A DNA stretch of 64,000 nucleotides from Flectonema sp. DT1601 (Eukaryota). The stretch is from positions 1,054,001-1,118,000 of the forward strand of contig OZ025786.1 in assembly GCA_964019425.1 (NCBI GenBank), written 5' to 3'. A model generated the notes under the pieces. It searched no databases. It was given only the letters and a program-made list of their open reading frames with translations, and was not told the origin of the DNA. Shown in pieces: positions 1 through 11,238 of this stretch. The first letter of the stretch is position 1; each line of letters starts with the position of its first letter. Both the position numbers and the translations under genes were made by a program.

Positions 1-1
1 A

Positions 2-121
2 AGAATGTACCGAAGAGATGGTGTCCTCGCCGTATCTGTAACTCAAGAAGTCCTCATGAGACTCCGACCACCACCTGAGATCGAACCAAAGCAAAAACCT
101 GATAAAGTAGCTAAATTATAA
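2..121 (+). CDS. 3' end of an acyl-CoA thioesterase II (TesB/ACOT8-like) with C-terminal PTS1 (-AKL); partial at window edge
   Basis: Frame from nt 2 reads RMYRRDGVLAVSVTQEVLMRLRPPPEIEPKQKPDKVAKL*. 'RDGxLxxSxxQExxMR' matches the TesB/ACOT8 C-terminal motif and AKL is a canonical PTS1. Confidence 0.7.
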   Translation, partial: RMYRRDGVLAVSVTQEVLMRLRPPPEIEPKQKPDKVAKL

Positions 122-1597
122 ATAACTTCAGGGAGGTTATTCTAATCATTTCTGTTTGTGCTAATGATGCTCTCTATTCGATATTACTGAAGCATCTTAT
201 CAATCAACTTTTAAGCTATTACAAATGTAAAATAAAATAAAATAAAAAAGCAATTGCTACCACACGATTGCTCTTCTAACAGTTGTCAATAATAATAGAA
301 ATGAGAACACCCTTACCCTTTCTATATACTGTGTAAGTTGAACTTTTCGACGACTTTGACGGTTGACTGTGTTTGTCATCACGTAGGAGCTATTCTCCTG
401 CTTTTGGTTTCTTTCCATTTCTTTCCATTTCTTTCCTTTTTTTTATTTTTTATTTATTTTTTTCCTCCGTGGAAAAAAATATTAATATCGGGCAGCGAGA
501 GTTCTCTTCGTCTGATTATTGTTGAAAACCACCGCATCCTAAAAACCCATTTTTGGTTTAAATTACTGAAGCTAATCAAATGGTCCTCTCTCACTGTGAG
601 TTCCAACATTTATATTACAAAGCAACGTTGGATTTACACCGTTGTAATGATATAATAATGTTAGCAGTTCATGAGGGGTGGTTTCTTCTTCTATCTATCT
701 GTGTGGGTACATTGTTTTACTATTGAGGGTGGTAGTTAGATTATACTTTTGACTTTTGTAGGATCTTTCTTTCGACGCTGTGTTTTTTGATTCGCAGTGA
801 CGCATCTCACAAGTCCTTTTCGTAGAGCAAATCAAATCAAGTGAATACGCGAATACCAACCAGTGGTTCCGTAGTGTTTTTGCTCTTTTTTATTTTTGTT
901 TCATTCTCTTCTTTATTTTGTTAGAGAACATAACCAGTCACACTATTTAACTGACTAATAATATTGTACTGATGACTACTAATAATGTGTCATCGCATTC
1001 ACGACACAAAAAGAAGAATTGTCAACGCAATGAAGCAATTGAGACTTGATGTGAATAACTAATTGGGATTGTAAGCAGCTGAGTTGTTTTTCTTTTTGTT
1101 CCCTTTCTGATTATCCTTACTGCTTGTTTGATATAAAAAGGAAAAAAGTATTTCCTCTTCGTATTTCTGCCCCCCTGGGGAGGATCTCTGATTCGACACA
1201 AAACAGTTTTCTGACATCCCTTTTGTGCTGGGAAACGGGTGGTTTGGAATTGGAGTGATTCCCCCCCAAAAAAAAATAAAATAAAATAACCTCCTCTTTA
1301 TGATGAATGAGGTGAGCAGGAATATATATTTTCTGCCCAACGTTGGTCGATACCGTCGACCAGCGACTAACGTTGTTGTTGTCTTTGGTTATTATTTGAT
1401 TATATTATAATTATTCATCTCTCCTACAGAATAGGATGAATCAGTTACCTGTTGGTGCGATAACGTTGTTGAATTTCTATGCTGAGGATGTGTTGTTTCA
1501 TTCACAAAGTTTGATTGTTTTGTTTTTGTACTTCCCTGACATTCCATTCTTCTAATCACAGAATACAAATCAAAAGTATCAAAACCCATAAAATAAA

Positions 1598-3535
1598 ATG
1601 GTTCGAATCGGGCTGGTGAGGAAGGCCCAAACAGTAGCGGAAACTACTCCGATGGACATAGAGATGGATGACAGCAGTTCAACAGGTAGCTCTACTAATG
1701 AAGGACAAGTAATGCCTGAAGACTATCACATGGATGTTCGTAACTTACCTTTCAGTACTTCTAGTTCAATGATGTTGGATGTAGTTGGTGATGGAAAGTG
1801 TTTCTCAGAATTAGTGAGAGACGCTACTGAACTATCGAGAAATCTTTCTTCAGGAAGACAATCATTTGCGACACTACCACAAGTACCGACTGAGAGTTCT
1901 CTTCAAATACAATCACAGTGTGAGTCACAACGCAATCCAATTGAAATTCGTGTTGTCCATCCTTCGATGTCAGCCGCTTTGAAAAAACTTCAAATCCATC
2001 CAACCGGCGCAGCTGACAAGCCGCAGTTAGCACACGGGCTCTCATTTAAGTCTTCTTGGAAACCAACTTGTGGTGATTTTGTGTCTCCCAGCTATTCGAC
2101 TGTACATCCAAATACTACTAACGATTGTATGAGTTCAGCTGCTGTACTTAATATTGATCAGGTGATGGGTGCTCAAGGAGTGGCTCCTCAACCACTATCA
2201 GTTTTGTGTCGCTATGCTGTTCAAAATGAAGATCACAACCCGGGTAAAATTTCATTCAATTTATCATCTGCGTCAAACTTGCGCAGTTCGATTCTTGATG
2301 AGGTCGCGATTTCGTTTTCTGCTGCATCCAACCAGCGGATTAAACCTTCAGGATCGACAGAGTTCCTAAGACAATCTGGGATGGAACATGCATCATTCAC
2401 GGTTAAGTTGTTAACAGCTTTGTTCGGAAATGATGTTAACGATGATGCGTACGCATTGAAAGACCCGCCAATGAAAACATCAGTTCTTGGAAATATCGAC
2501 ACTTCATCAAAATTAACCGTCGCGTACGAAGAATCGAATAGAAGAAGAAGACTTAATGATTGGCTTATGACTTATGGAAATATAAATTCAAAAAGAATTG
2601 GTGATGACACAACTAACATAGAACGAGATCAAATAGTATCAGGTAGAAGAATTAGTGTAAACAGATCATGTAGAAAAACAAAACGTTTTGCGGAATCGGT
2701 ATTGTTGTTGACAGCGACAGCAGATGAAGATGTGAGGAAACTCCTTAGAGAAGATTACACTTCGAGATCATTAATTTTAGAAAAAAGTAAAATATCAAAG
2801 ATAGACTCCGGATCATGGATCCAAGACTTTCATCAGTATCTTTCCCTTTCTGATAGAAATAGTGAACCAACTCTACGAGGTCTGGTTGCGGATTATTTCG
2901 AAAATTCAAAACAATGTCGACCTCCGTACTACGAGATTCTATCACAAACTGGAATTCAACACTCAGAGCAAATAGATGAGATTTTGTTGAATGGAAATGA
3001 AAAACACGACATCTGCTGGTACCTTATTCAACTCTGGGCTGGTCAAGGATCAAAAACTACCGACATCACTGCAGCTTTATGTGATCCAATGACATGGCAA
3101 CATTCTTATGGTGACTATTCTTTAAATTGGATTGTTTGTTTGTTGTTGAGTAACGCACCAACAGCTCCGTGTTCCATTCCTGAGGATCGTTTTGTTAGTC
3201 TGACGGTTGCATTTTCTGAACAACTTGCTAACATGGGAGCTTGGCAATGGGCTGTGTTTGTTGCCCTCACAATCCCATCCGAGGAAACCCGTCGTCGAAT
3301 AGTGGTGAGGATAATTATGAGAAACGTGTCTTACTTTGCGACATCCAACATGCTTTCTCTTCACAGTATTACTTTCCAAGTACCAAAGCAGTGGATTGAG
3401 GAAGCTCTTGGGTTAGTCACCCCCATCCCACCTGTTCAAAAACGAGCCCCAGAAAAACCAATTCCACTATCATCTTATATTGAACTACGTAGTAAAGTTG
3501 ATGGGCTATTGTCCGGCATCTACGATACGGTTTAG
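1598..3535 (+). CDS. Nup96-domain nucleoporin-like protein (645 aa)
   Basis: C-terminal half has Nup96-like motifs: DYSLNW, 'FSEQLANMGAWQWAVFVALTI', 'R..IV..IIMRN', 'VPKQWIEEA'. N-terminal half is Ser-rich. Confidence 0.65.
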   Translation: MVRIGLVRKAQTVAETTPMDIEMDDSSSTGSSTNEGQVMPEDYHMDVRNLPFSTSSSMMLDVVGDGKCFSELVRDATELSRNLSSGRQSFATLPQVPTESSLQIQSQCESQRNPIEIRVVHPSMSAALKKLQIHPTGAADKPQLAHGLSFKSSWKPTCGDFVSPSYSTVHPNTTNDCMSSAAVLNIDQVMGAQGVAPQPLSVLCRYAVQNEDHNPGKISFNLSSASNLRSSILDEVAISFSAASNQRIKPSGSTEFLRQSGMEHASFTVKLLTALFGNDVNDDAYALKDPPMKTSVLGNIDTSSKLTVAYEESNRRRRLNDWLMTYGNINSKRIGDDTTNIERDQIVSGRRISVNRSCRKTKRFAESVLLLTATADEDVRKLLREDYTSRSLILEKSKISKIDSGSWIQDFHQYLSLSDRNSEPTLRGLVADYFENSKQCRPPYYEILSQTGIQHSEQIDEILLNGNEKHDICWYLIQLWAGQGSKTTDITAALCDPMTWQHSYGDYSLNWIVCLLLSNAPTAPCSIPEDRFVSLTVAFSEQLANMGAWQWAVFVALTIPSEETRRRIVVRIIMRNVSYFATSNMLSLHSITFQVPKQWIEEALGLVTPIPPVQKRAPEKPIPLSSYIELRSKVDGLLSGIYDTV

Positions 3536-4160
3536 ATTGGTGTTGAGTTCGACACGCATCCAAATAACAATATCATTCTGTTCTGGTTCCCATCCTTCTT
3601 TTTTTTTTTTTTTTTTTTTTTCCTCCTTAATTTGATTGACTTTCTTCACATAAAACTGATTATGCGAAATACAAAAGAAAAAGCTGTCGACGTGGTCGTA
3701 TTTTCCCGTTTTTTTTAAAAACTATCCTCCCTTAGAGATCAGTCAGCGTCTTGTCTGGTTGGGAGATATTTCATAATATCATTTTGGGAAAAATAATAAT
3801 GAACTCTGCAAAATGTGTTTTTGCCCGGTTATCGCCCATTGTGAATGGGTGGGTGGATCTCAATCAAAAAAGGAAAGAAAATTTTAATAACTAAAAAAAA
3901 AAAAAAAAAAAGGTTAGGAAAGTACAGTATTCAAAAAGAAAAAAAAAAAAAGAAAAGACAAACATATTTAAGTGTTGTATTCGTTTTTTTTGAATTTTTT
4001 TTTAAAAAAAAAAAAACTTTTTATTGCCGAATAATTGATTACATTATTTCTTTCTTTTTTTCCAGCAAACATCCAACACTGAACTTATAAACCAATAAAA
4101 TTAAAATCTTAGATTTATATAAAAAAAATATATTATTTTGATTTCCCCAGTCATAAGTTG

Positions 4161-5273
4161 ATGTTGAGGTGGTGCGACGTAAAGTCATCCAGACACTTGA
4201 ACCGCATTTATAAAAACAACTCTACAAATGTTGATCGAAAACTGGACAGAACCCGTGCTAATAAATTAATCACATCTCTAGACGGGGAGATAGCACATCT
4301 CAGAAAAAACAAGTGTTTGGTAGGATGCAGGACTCTAAACACAGCAATGTCTTTATTGTGTAGGTGGGGTTATGCTCCAGAAGCAGAAACTTTTTTAAAA
4401 ATGATTGATGTACCTGACTACCGTACTTATGAAATATTAATAAAAGGATATGCGAAGATTAAAAATGAAAATTCAGAATCAAAAATTAAATCACTTTTAG
4501 TTGAGCATAAGAAAAGAGGTTTCTCTGAAACAATCATAACGTACAACGCTCTTCTTAAATGTGTTGCAAATCGACCGAATGTTATTCAGAGAAAGGGATG
4601 GTCAGGAGATGCAATCCATCCTGACGCATCTCAAATAATTCACAACATGCACTCTAACTGTCTTGTACCAAATATAGAAACTGTTCACAGGGCATTGCTG
4701 TGTTGTTCATCTCTTTCAATGGCTGAATTATTTTTTAAAAATAATTTCAGTTCTCACATTGAAAAAAAATTAATTATTCATACCTTTGCAATACTTGCAG
4801 CAAGGGAAGGAAATGTCAACACCACTATTAAGTTTTTAGATGAGGCGTGTCGAGGAAAACCATTCACCATAAGAAATTATAATGTGCTGCTGCATTCGTA
4901 CGCAATGTCACTAAATATTGACAAGTGTCTCATGTTGTTGGAAGAAATAAAATCAAAAAAACTGCAACCGACTGGAGTAACCTACAATACAATTATTCAT
5001 TGTTGTATTTTGTGTGCTGAGAATAAGAATGAAGATTATTCTCATTCTTTTTTGGAAGCGACTGCGGAAACTATTATTGACGAATCCAACACACGTTCTC
5101 AATTAAGTCAATCTTTATTTAATAGTTTAATGCGGCTGTATTCTGTGACGTCTAATTCAGTCAAAGCTGACGATCTGCTTGTGATTTCAAAGAGAGCAGG
5201 TTACCCACCTGGTAAGTCAGCTATGGAATACTACAAACTCGCAAAGCAACGCCGTGGAAATACGAAAGTCTGA
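4161..5273 (+). CDS. Pentatricopeptide repeat (PPR) protein
   Basis: Repeated PPR helices: PDYRTYEILIKGYAK, TIITYNALLKC, IRNYNVLLHSYA, PTGVTYNTIIHCC, LFNSLMRLYS. First ATG at 4161. Confidence 0.85.
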   Translation: MLRWCDVKSSRHLNRIYKNNSTNVDRKLDRTRANKLITSLDGEIAHLRKNKCLVGCRTLNTAMSLLCRWGYAPEAETFLKMIDVPDYRTYEILIKGYAKIKNENSESKIKSLLVEHKKRGFSETIITYNALLKCVANRPNVIQRKGWSGDAIHPDASQIIHNMHSNCLVPNIETVHRALLCCSSLSMAELFFKNNFSSHIEKKLIIHTFAILAAREGNVNTTIKFLDEACRGKPFTIRNYNVLLHSYAMSLNIDKCLMLLEEIKSKKLQPTGVTYNTIIHCCILCAENKNEDYSHSFLEATAETIIDESNTRSQLSQSLFNSLMRLYSVTSNSVKADDLLVISKRAGYPPGKSAMEYYKLAKQRRGNTKV

Positions 5274-5413
5274 TAAGTAAGACAACGTGACCATCTTAAT
5301 ACTGAAAATAGTAACAGTGAATTGTTCTCTCTCGTGTACTTGATAATCGGAATGAGAGTTATTCTCATACTCTTCTGTATTATTTCTCTATTTTTCTCAA
5401 ACAGTTCAACAGC

Positions 5414-6592
5414 ATGACATCAGCAGCACCTCCTTCGGTGATATCTCCAACGAAACTTCTTAAGGAAAGAGCGGAAGTTTGGAGAATGAAATCACTTCCT
5501 CACTTTGGTTCTCAATTAACTGTCCGGCAGGCGATCGAAAAACACGAAAAAGGAGCTGACGAGTGCGTTGTATCGGGATACACCTACACTGCTGAGGGGA
5601 GATATGAAGAAGCAAAAAAGATATTTATGCAAGCACACGAATTGAAGCCTAGTTGTATTCAGACAATGTATTCGTTATGTTGTATATCTGCCTTGTGTGG
5701 TGACGCTTCTGCATGCAGTAAGTGGATGTTGGCGGCAGTAGACGCAACTCCCAAGTTAAAAAAACCTTGTCGAGTAATTCAACAAAACCACGACTCAGAC
5801 TCTTCGACGTCGAGTAGTAATATTATAGTACCCCAACACAGATATAGGATACTCACAAGACAAAAAAAAGCTCCGAAGCAGGTTCGAACCCGGGTGCAAA
5901 GTGGAACCTGGACCGGTGAAGACATGGCTCACTTAATGAAAGGTATTCGATGGATAGTTGAAAATACAAATCAACCAGATGATGTAAACAGATGTGCTGA
6001 AAGAATGAAGTGTCCATGGATCCCACTTGGTAAGGCTTACCGATTAGATGCATATTTAAAGAGGGGTGGGAGAAGGACGATTGGTCCTCCAGAAGCGGCA
6101 GAAGAACAACTTCCACCTCATTCAGGTGATATTCGAAAACAGATAGCGGACTTGACAAATCCTCCCTTGAGGGAATTATCACCATTAAGAAGTAGTGATA
6201 AGCTTCCGAGTGTATATAAGAAATCACGTAGAAAACTAACAGCACATCCCCACAGAGACAATACTCCATCGCTGATGATCAAACCAGCAGATCAGAAACC
6301 AGTTTTTCCTTCTTTGGGAAGATCAGGTAAACATAAAGTTGGGAAGCTATCAAGAATACAACAACCAATTGAACCTAATCAATGTCCTCATATATGTTTA
6401 AGAAATCAGGCAGTTGATCAAAAAAATTATTTTCAACCGAAACGGGCTGGAGGTTGGTCTGACAGATCTCTCTCAGGGAGGCCAAGCCCTCTTCGGAAAA
6501 CAACAACCGCGAGGAGTGAATCCTCATTGGGACTTTCTGTATCTTCTGAGCAACGACCTGTTCCCCGACTAACTGTTATGAAATTAACCTAA
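5414..6592 (+). CDS. Hypothetical protein with an N-terminal TPR-like helix pair
   Basis: 392-aa ORF. 'GYTYTAEGRYEEAKKIFMQAHELKP...YSLCCISALCGD' is TPR-like and the C-terminus is low-complexity and basic. Confidence 0.55.
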   Translation: MTSAAPPSVISPTKLLKERAEVWRMKSLPHFGSQLTVRQAIEKHEKGADECVVSGYTYTAEGRYEEAKKIFMQAHELKPSCIQTMYSLCCISALCGDASACSKWMLAAVDATPKLKKPCRVIQQNHDSDSSTSSSNIIVPQHRYRILTRQKKAPKQVRTRVQSGTWTGEDMAHLMKGIRWIVENTNQPDDVNRCAERMKCPWIPLGKAYRLDAYLKRGGRRTIGPPEAAEEQLPPHSGDIRKQIADLTNPPLRELSPLRSSDKLPSVYKKSRRKLTAHPHRDNTPSLMIKPADQKPVFPSLGRSGKHKVGKLSRIQQPIEPNQCPHICLRNQAVDQKNYFQPKRAGGWSDRSLSGRPSPLRKTTTARSESSLGLSVSSEQRPVPRLTVMKLT

Positions 6593-6786
6593 TCTTTAAT
6601 TATTTTTTTTAAAACGTTCTCTCTCTTATCTCTGGCTCTCTTTATCTTTGTTATTTACTTTATTTGTTACTACTGGACTTCCTTAACATCTTCACAGATG
6701 ATTATTGTAGTTTATAATTTATAATTACATCAGTCGGGCTGTCCTTATTGTTGTCTGCGATCACAGGAACTTAATAATAATAATAA

Positions 6787-7342
6787 ATGTCGAATGATGA
6801 TGCGATTCAGAAGTTATCGCGTTCTATGGGAAAGTCACGTGATTCTGAAGAGGTGAGAATATTCATAACGTCGGCAGGTTTATCAGAACCTGTTTTAAAA
6901 CGAAATGGTTCAGTTTTATCTGCGGTCTTCTGCAAGGAAGGAATGGAATTAACGTTTTCAATACTCACCAACAGCGAATCCACTACTTGCGTACTGACAG
7001 CTGTTCATATCTACTCGGGAAGCTCAGGTGATGTTTTTTTTTTATACTATCTTTTGTTTTACTTGCACATCTATAAGTTTTAAAAAAAAAAAAAAAAAAA
7101 AAACAGCGAATAATGATTTCTGTCTCTGTACGATATCTGAATTTCATAACATACTCGCCATAACAACAAAAGGTATTGTATCATTATACGGAGAGCCATC
7201 ACGTAAGGGGGGAGGGGGAGGTACAAACATCTGGGTTGAATATAATAATTATTTAGGAACTTCGTTAACTGCAACGTTGGAGTTTAATTCAACTTCTTGG
7301 GATGATAAGGACGCAGTGGTGGAAAATATTTGTTTTTTTTGA
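6787..7342 (+). CDS. Hypothetical protein (158 aa), two exons 6787-7027 and 7107-7342
   Basis: A GT...A-run-ACAG intron at 7028-7106 joins the two provided ORFs in frame (477 nt total). Confidence 0.6.
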
Positions 7343-7362
7343 ACAAACTTCAGTAAGGTGGG

Positions 7363-7636
7363 TGGGGCGGCACATCTGTTACACATTAACGCAGGTGTCC
7401 TAAGGCAAGCTCAGTGAGAACAGAAATCTCACGTAGAGCATAAGGGTAAAAGCTTGCTCGATACGCGATCTTCAGTACCGATCCACGGTGTGAAAGCATG
7501 GCCTAACGATCCTTTGGTCTCGCTTCATGTTCAAGGGATGAAGCCGGAGGTGACAGAAAAATTACCACAGGGATAACTGGCTTGTGGCAGCCAAGCGCTC
7601 ATAGCGACGTTGCTTTTTGATCCTTCGATGTCGGCT
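7363..7636 (+). rRNA. Isolated fragment (pseudogene) of eukaryotic LSU (28S) rRNA domain V
   Basis: Universal LSU segments GGGGCGGCACATCTGT, ACGCAGGTGTCCTAAG, TTACCACAGGGATAACTGGCTTGTGGCAGCCAAGCG, TTTTTGATCCTTCGATGTCGGCT. Stops abruptly at both ends between two protein genes. Confidence 0.9.
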
Positions 7637-7738
7637 TTCTACCCTCTCTCTCTCTCTCTTGGATGTCAACTGTTCGACACTCTCATTTGACAGGTGAGAA
7701 AAATAATTTTTCCTTTACAGGCGGTACTCACAATCAAA

Positions 7739-10030
7739 ATGGATATACATCGTCCTTTGTGGGTAACTACCTACCCAGATGATGAAGGTAATGATAAAGT
7801 ATCAATTATAGTTGAGGCATTCCATCCTAGATTCCCTGAAGCTCAGGAATTAATGGAAATGATAGCGGAACCTAAAAGTAGGACCAGCCGAATACATATT
7901 TTCGAACTGACTGAAGACTCTTTGTACACGGCAGTCTCATTAGGAATGGCGGGCGAAGAAATACTAAATAGACTTTGTGGGCTATGTAAAACTGAAATAG
8001 ACAACTTTGTGTTGGACTACGTGAGGAAATTAACGTCAAAATCAGGACTTGTAAAATTAGTTTTAGATAATAAAAGAATAATTGTTCAATCTGATTCAAC
8101 TAATAGGTTAATAGGGGCGAGCTATCTCGAAGCTGAAAATTGGTCAACGAGACACACATTAACAAACTACATAGAGATGGATGTCAGAGTTGAAAAGATT
8201 ATTTTAAGTGATCATCGAGTACAATCTGAGTATCTACTTCACGGAACTATTGAACCTGGTCCAGGTAAGACCACACTGTTTGAAGTATGTCCTGATGCCT
8301 CTCTTATCGAATTAAAAAGATACTTCAAAGAACAACTTCTCTATCCTTTGGATTGTGTTTACGCTTACAACTCTGACTTGGGAACTCCTTCCGTAGATTT
8401 TCGGTTGAAGTCAACAGCTCGCCTTCGACCATATCAATCTCTGACGTTATCAAAGACTTTAGGTTCTGGTAGGGCACGGTATGGATTTTATTATAGAGAA
8501 TTGAAGTGTTTTCTAACATCATCTTGAAGAAATAAACCAAAACAGATCTGGTCTCATTGTTCTACCTTGTGGAGCAGGCAAAACACTAGTTGGATGCAGC
8601 ACAGCCGCCCTCATACGAAAACCCACAATAGTTGTTTGTATGAATAGTTTAACAGTGATGCAGTGGTGGCAGCAGTTCAGGTACTAATTTCTTTTCTTAA
8701 TCTCAAGAATGTACTTGTAAAGATTTATATTTGGGGACGCTTTCACTACGTCTTTTAGGAAGACTAGAATGGTCTTCCGTAAGTGTGACTTTTATCACAT
8801 CTTCTGAGTCAAAATAAGAGGACGTGAGGCACGTCAATAAACAACAACAACAACAACAACAACAGACAATGGACTGATATTCCTTTAGATAAGATATCAA
8901 TCTTCACAGCTGGAAGGAAGGAACCAATCAGAGACATCGTAATCACAACTTATAATATATTAGCGATGGATGATGAGAAACGTGCTGCGGGATCATCAGA
9001 AATAATAAATGTACTTCGAGACAGAGAATGGGGACTCATGCTGATGGACGAAGTCCACGTTGCTGCTGCGAGTACTTTTAGGAAACTTCTAAATAACGTG
9101 AGAGCTCACTGTATTATTGGATTAACTGCTACACTACTACGTGAAGATGATAAAATAACTGACCTCTTGTATCTCGTGGGTCCTAAACTGTATGAAGCAA
9201 ATTGGAAAGAACTTTGCTCCAAAGGCTACTTAGCAGATGTAACTTGTATTGAGGTATGTTTTGATTATTTCTTTGAAAACTCAAACAGAATTCCACAGCG
9301 AAAGCTAAAAAACATTTAAACCAATCAGGTAATGTGTCCCTTAAAAGGATTATTCGTCGACGCTGTGCTGAGAGAATCAGCAGAAAAACATGGAACTCGT
9401 GGCAGTACGTTGCATATATTAAATCCCACAAAGCTTTACGTTACACAGGCTTTGTTACATTTTCATAGGAATCGAGGAGATAAAATATTGTTGTTTTCGG
9501 ATTCGGTTCGGGTGGTTCAGTTTTATGCGGAATTTTTTCACTTGCCGTTGATGATTGGTGACGTTAGTGAAAATGAGAGATACTCAATAATAAATCACTT
9601 TAAGTTTGATTCAACTGTCTACGCGTTATGTATGTCAGCAGCTGCAGAGACTGGAACAGATGTTCCCGATGCGAACGTCATCATCCAACTCAGCGGGATG
9701 TACGGATCTCAAAGACAAGAAACACAACGATTGGGCAGAATCCTCCGCGCAAAACACTCTGGATCTGGAAACGTTGCCTGGTACTATTCTCTTGTTTCTC
9801 AAGATACACGTGAACCAAAGGATCATTCAAGACGACGACGATTTCTTCAAGATCAGGGCTATGCTTTTCAAGTAGTACATTCTGATTCAATCATAAATGA
9901 GTTTACTAAATCAGGAAACACTATTCGATACTACAGCGAAGAGAAACTTTTAAATCTCTCGATTATGAAAGCGAAGGAATTCCGTGATGAATCTAGATCT
10001 CAAAATATTATAAAAAGAGCTAAACAATAA
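7739..10030 (+). CDS. XPB: XPB/ERCC3 (Ssl2/Rad25) family DNA helicase/translocase; exons 7739-8478, 8546-8680, 8866-9253, 9329-10030 (start uncertain)
   Basis: HRPLWV, 'IAEPKSR...[18 protein letters not shown]', LRPYQ, spliced [34 protein letters not shown] (RED motif), [19 protein letters not shown]. Three GT-AG introns give 1965 nt in frame. Confidence 0.93.
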
Positions 10031-10543
10031 GTAAGACTAGAATAGTACAGCCACCTCGATACTACAGTATGTACGATGGTGATTTCCTTTTCTATTTTGA
10101 GTTATTCGAATCGCGATGACCTTTCACAACTATTCTACCTCTCCTACTCTTGTCAACATGGATAGGTGGGGAGGATAGGAAAGTTTAAAATCTCTCATCT
10201 TTATAAAATCATCCAATCACGTGGAATTCTTCAAAAGTATTATTCAAAACATTTTTAATTACAAAATATTAATAACATGATGAAGACCACCTTTTAAAGT
10301 GTTGGGGAATTTATCAACCATCTGTTGTCTTTTCATATCGCAAACAGCTGTTGGCGCTGGTGGTATTTGTTGTACCCGTGCGGCTATCATTCGAAGCTTG
10401 GAGTCGGAGAAGGTGACGGAGAGACGAAACTTTCGAGCAAGAGAGGGGTAAACGGCTTTGAACGGCTCCTACCAAATTCAGACTTTTTACCATTTTGTGT
10501 TTTAAAAGCATCTTTTCTTTTCTCAACCCAAGATTCCATAAAT

Positions 10544-11038
10544 ATGAGTGAAACTCTTTTTTCATTTAATGAAAAGGAAAGAGCAGCAACAATAGAAGAG
10601 AACCCAACATGTGACATTGTTGGGGTACTATTGTCTGATAATCAAAGACCTGAAGAAGTTAAACTACAAATCATGAGAGAGATCTGTCAAAGAAAAGGTA
10701 GAGAAGAAGTCGTAAATGAAATATTCTCAGCACTTGATGAAGGTCACAGTTCAAGGTTTATTTTAAGATGTATAAAATGCACAATGAATAGTGAAGTGTC
10801 TGATGAGGAATCTGTTATTGTACTGAGCAGATTAATAGAAGCAAATTGTCTGAGCCCTCCTCTCATCCAACAGGCAGCAACTCTTCAGTTGATAACTCCT
10901 CTTGCAGCTGTACATGCAATTAGTCACTTGCAGCAGTCTCAAAATTATGCATCTCTGCTTCCGTTAGTCGCGATTTTAGCTACGTTGGCTCCTCCACTTG
11001 CACCTTACAGCAGGTATATTGATTTTATAAGACTTTGA
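10544..11038 (+). CDS. Hypothetical helical protein
   Basis: First ATG follows a pyrimidine tract and AG. 164-aa alpha-helical-looking ORF with no recognised motif; the 3' end could be spliced. Confidence 0.45.
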   Translation: MSETLFSFNEKERAATIEENPTCDIVGVLLSDNQRPEEVKLQIMREICQRKGREEVVNEIFSALDEGHSSRFILRCIKCTMNSEVSDEESVIVLSRLIEANCLSPPLIQQAATLQLITPLAAVHAISHLQQSQNYASLLPLVAILATLAPPLAPYSRYIDFIRL

Positions 11039-11238
11039 GAGTAGTCTACCCTCTCTTGAGGCAGTTCTTGTTTGTTGTGTTGTAGGGCAAAAATCCAACA
11101 TCTTATTATTTTCTGTACCGAAACTAACCCAATATTAACATAAAAACCATCTCTCATTAAATAAAATAGAAAACCACTTAAAGTATTAATTAATCATTAA
11201 TCACTTATTCTTAACTCAATAAGTATCTCTTCAGGTTC

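Noticed and set aside
1341..1365. Strong 10-bp hairpin CGTTGGTCGA-TACCG-TCGACCAGCG
   Set aside because: Single occurrence with no supporting context.
7363..7636. Functional rDNA locus or R2-like rDNA-targeted insertion
   Set aside because: No SSU, 5.8S or contiguous LSU sequence, and no retroelement adjoins this fragment.
7663..7720. Upstream mini-exon and 27-nt intron for XPB
   Set aside because: Splicing from ATG 7663 is out of frame with the XPB ORF and the in-frame alternative has TGA at 7688; start left at 7739.
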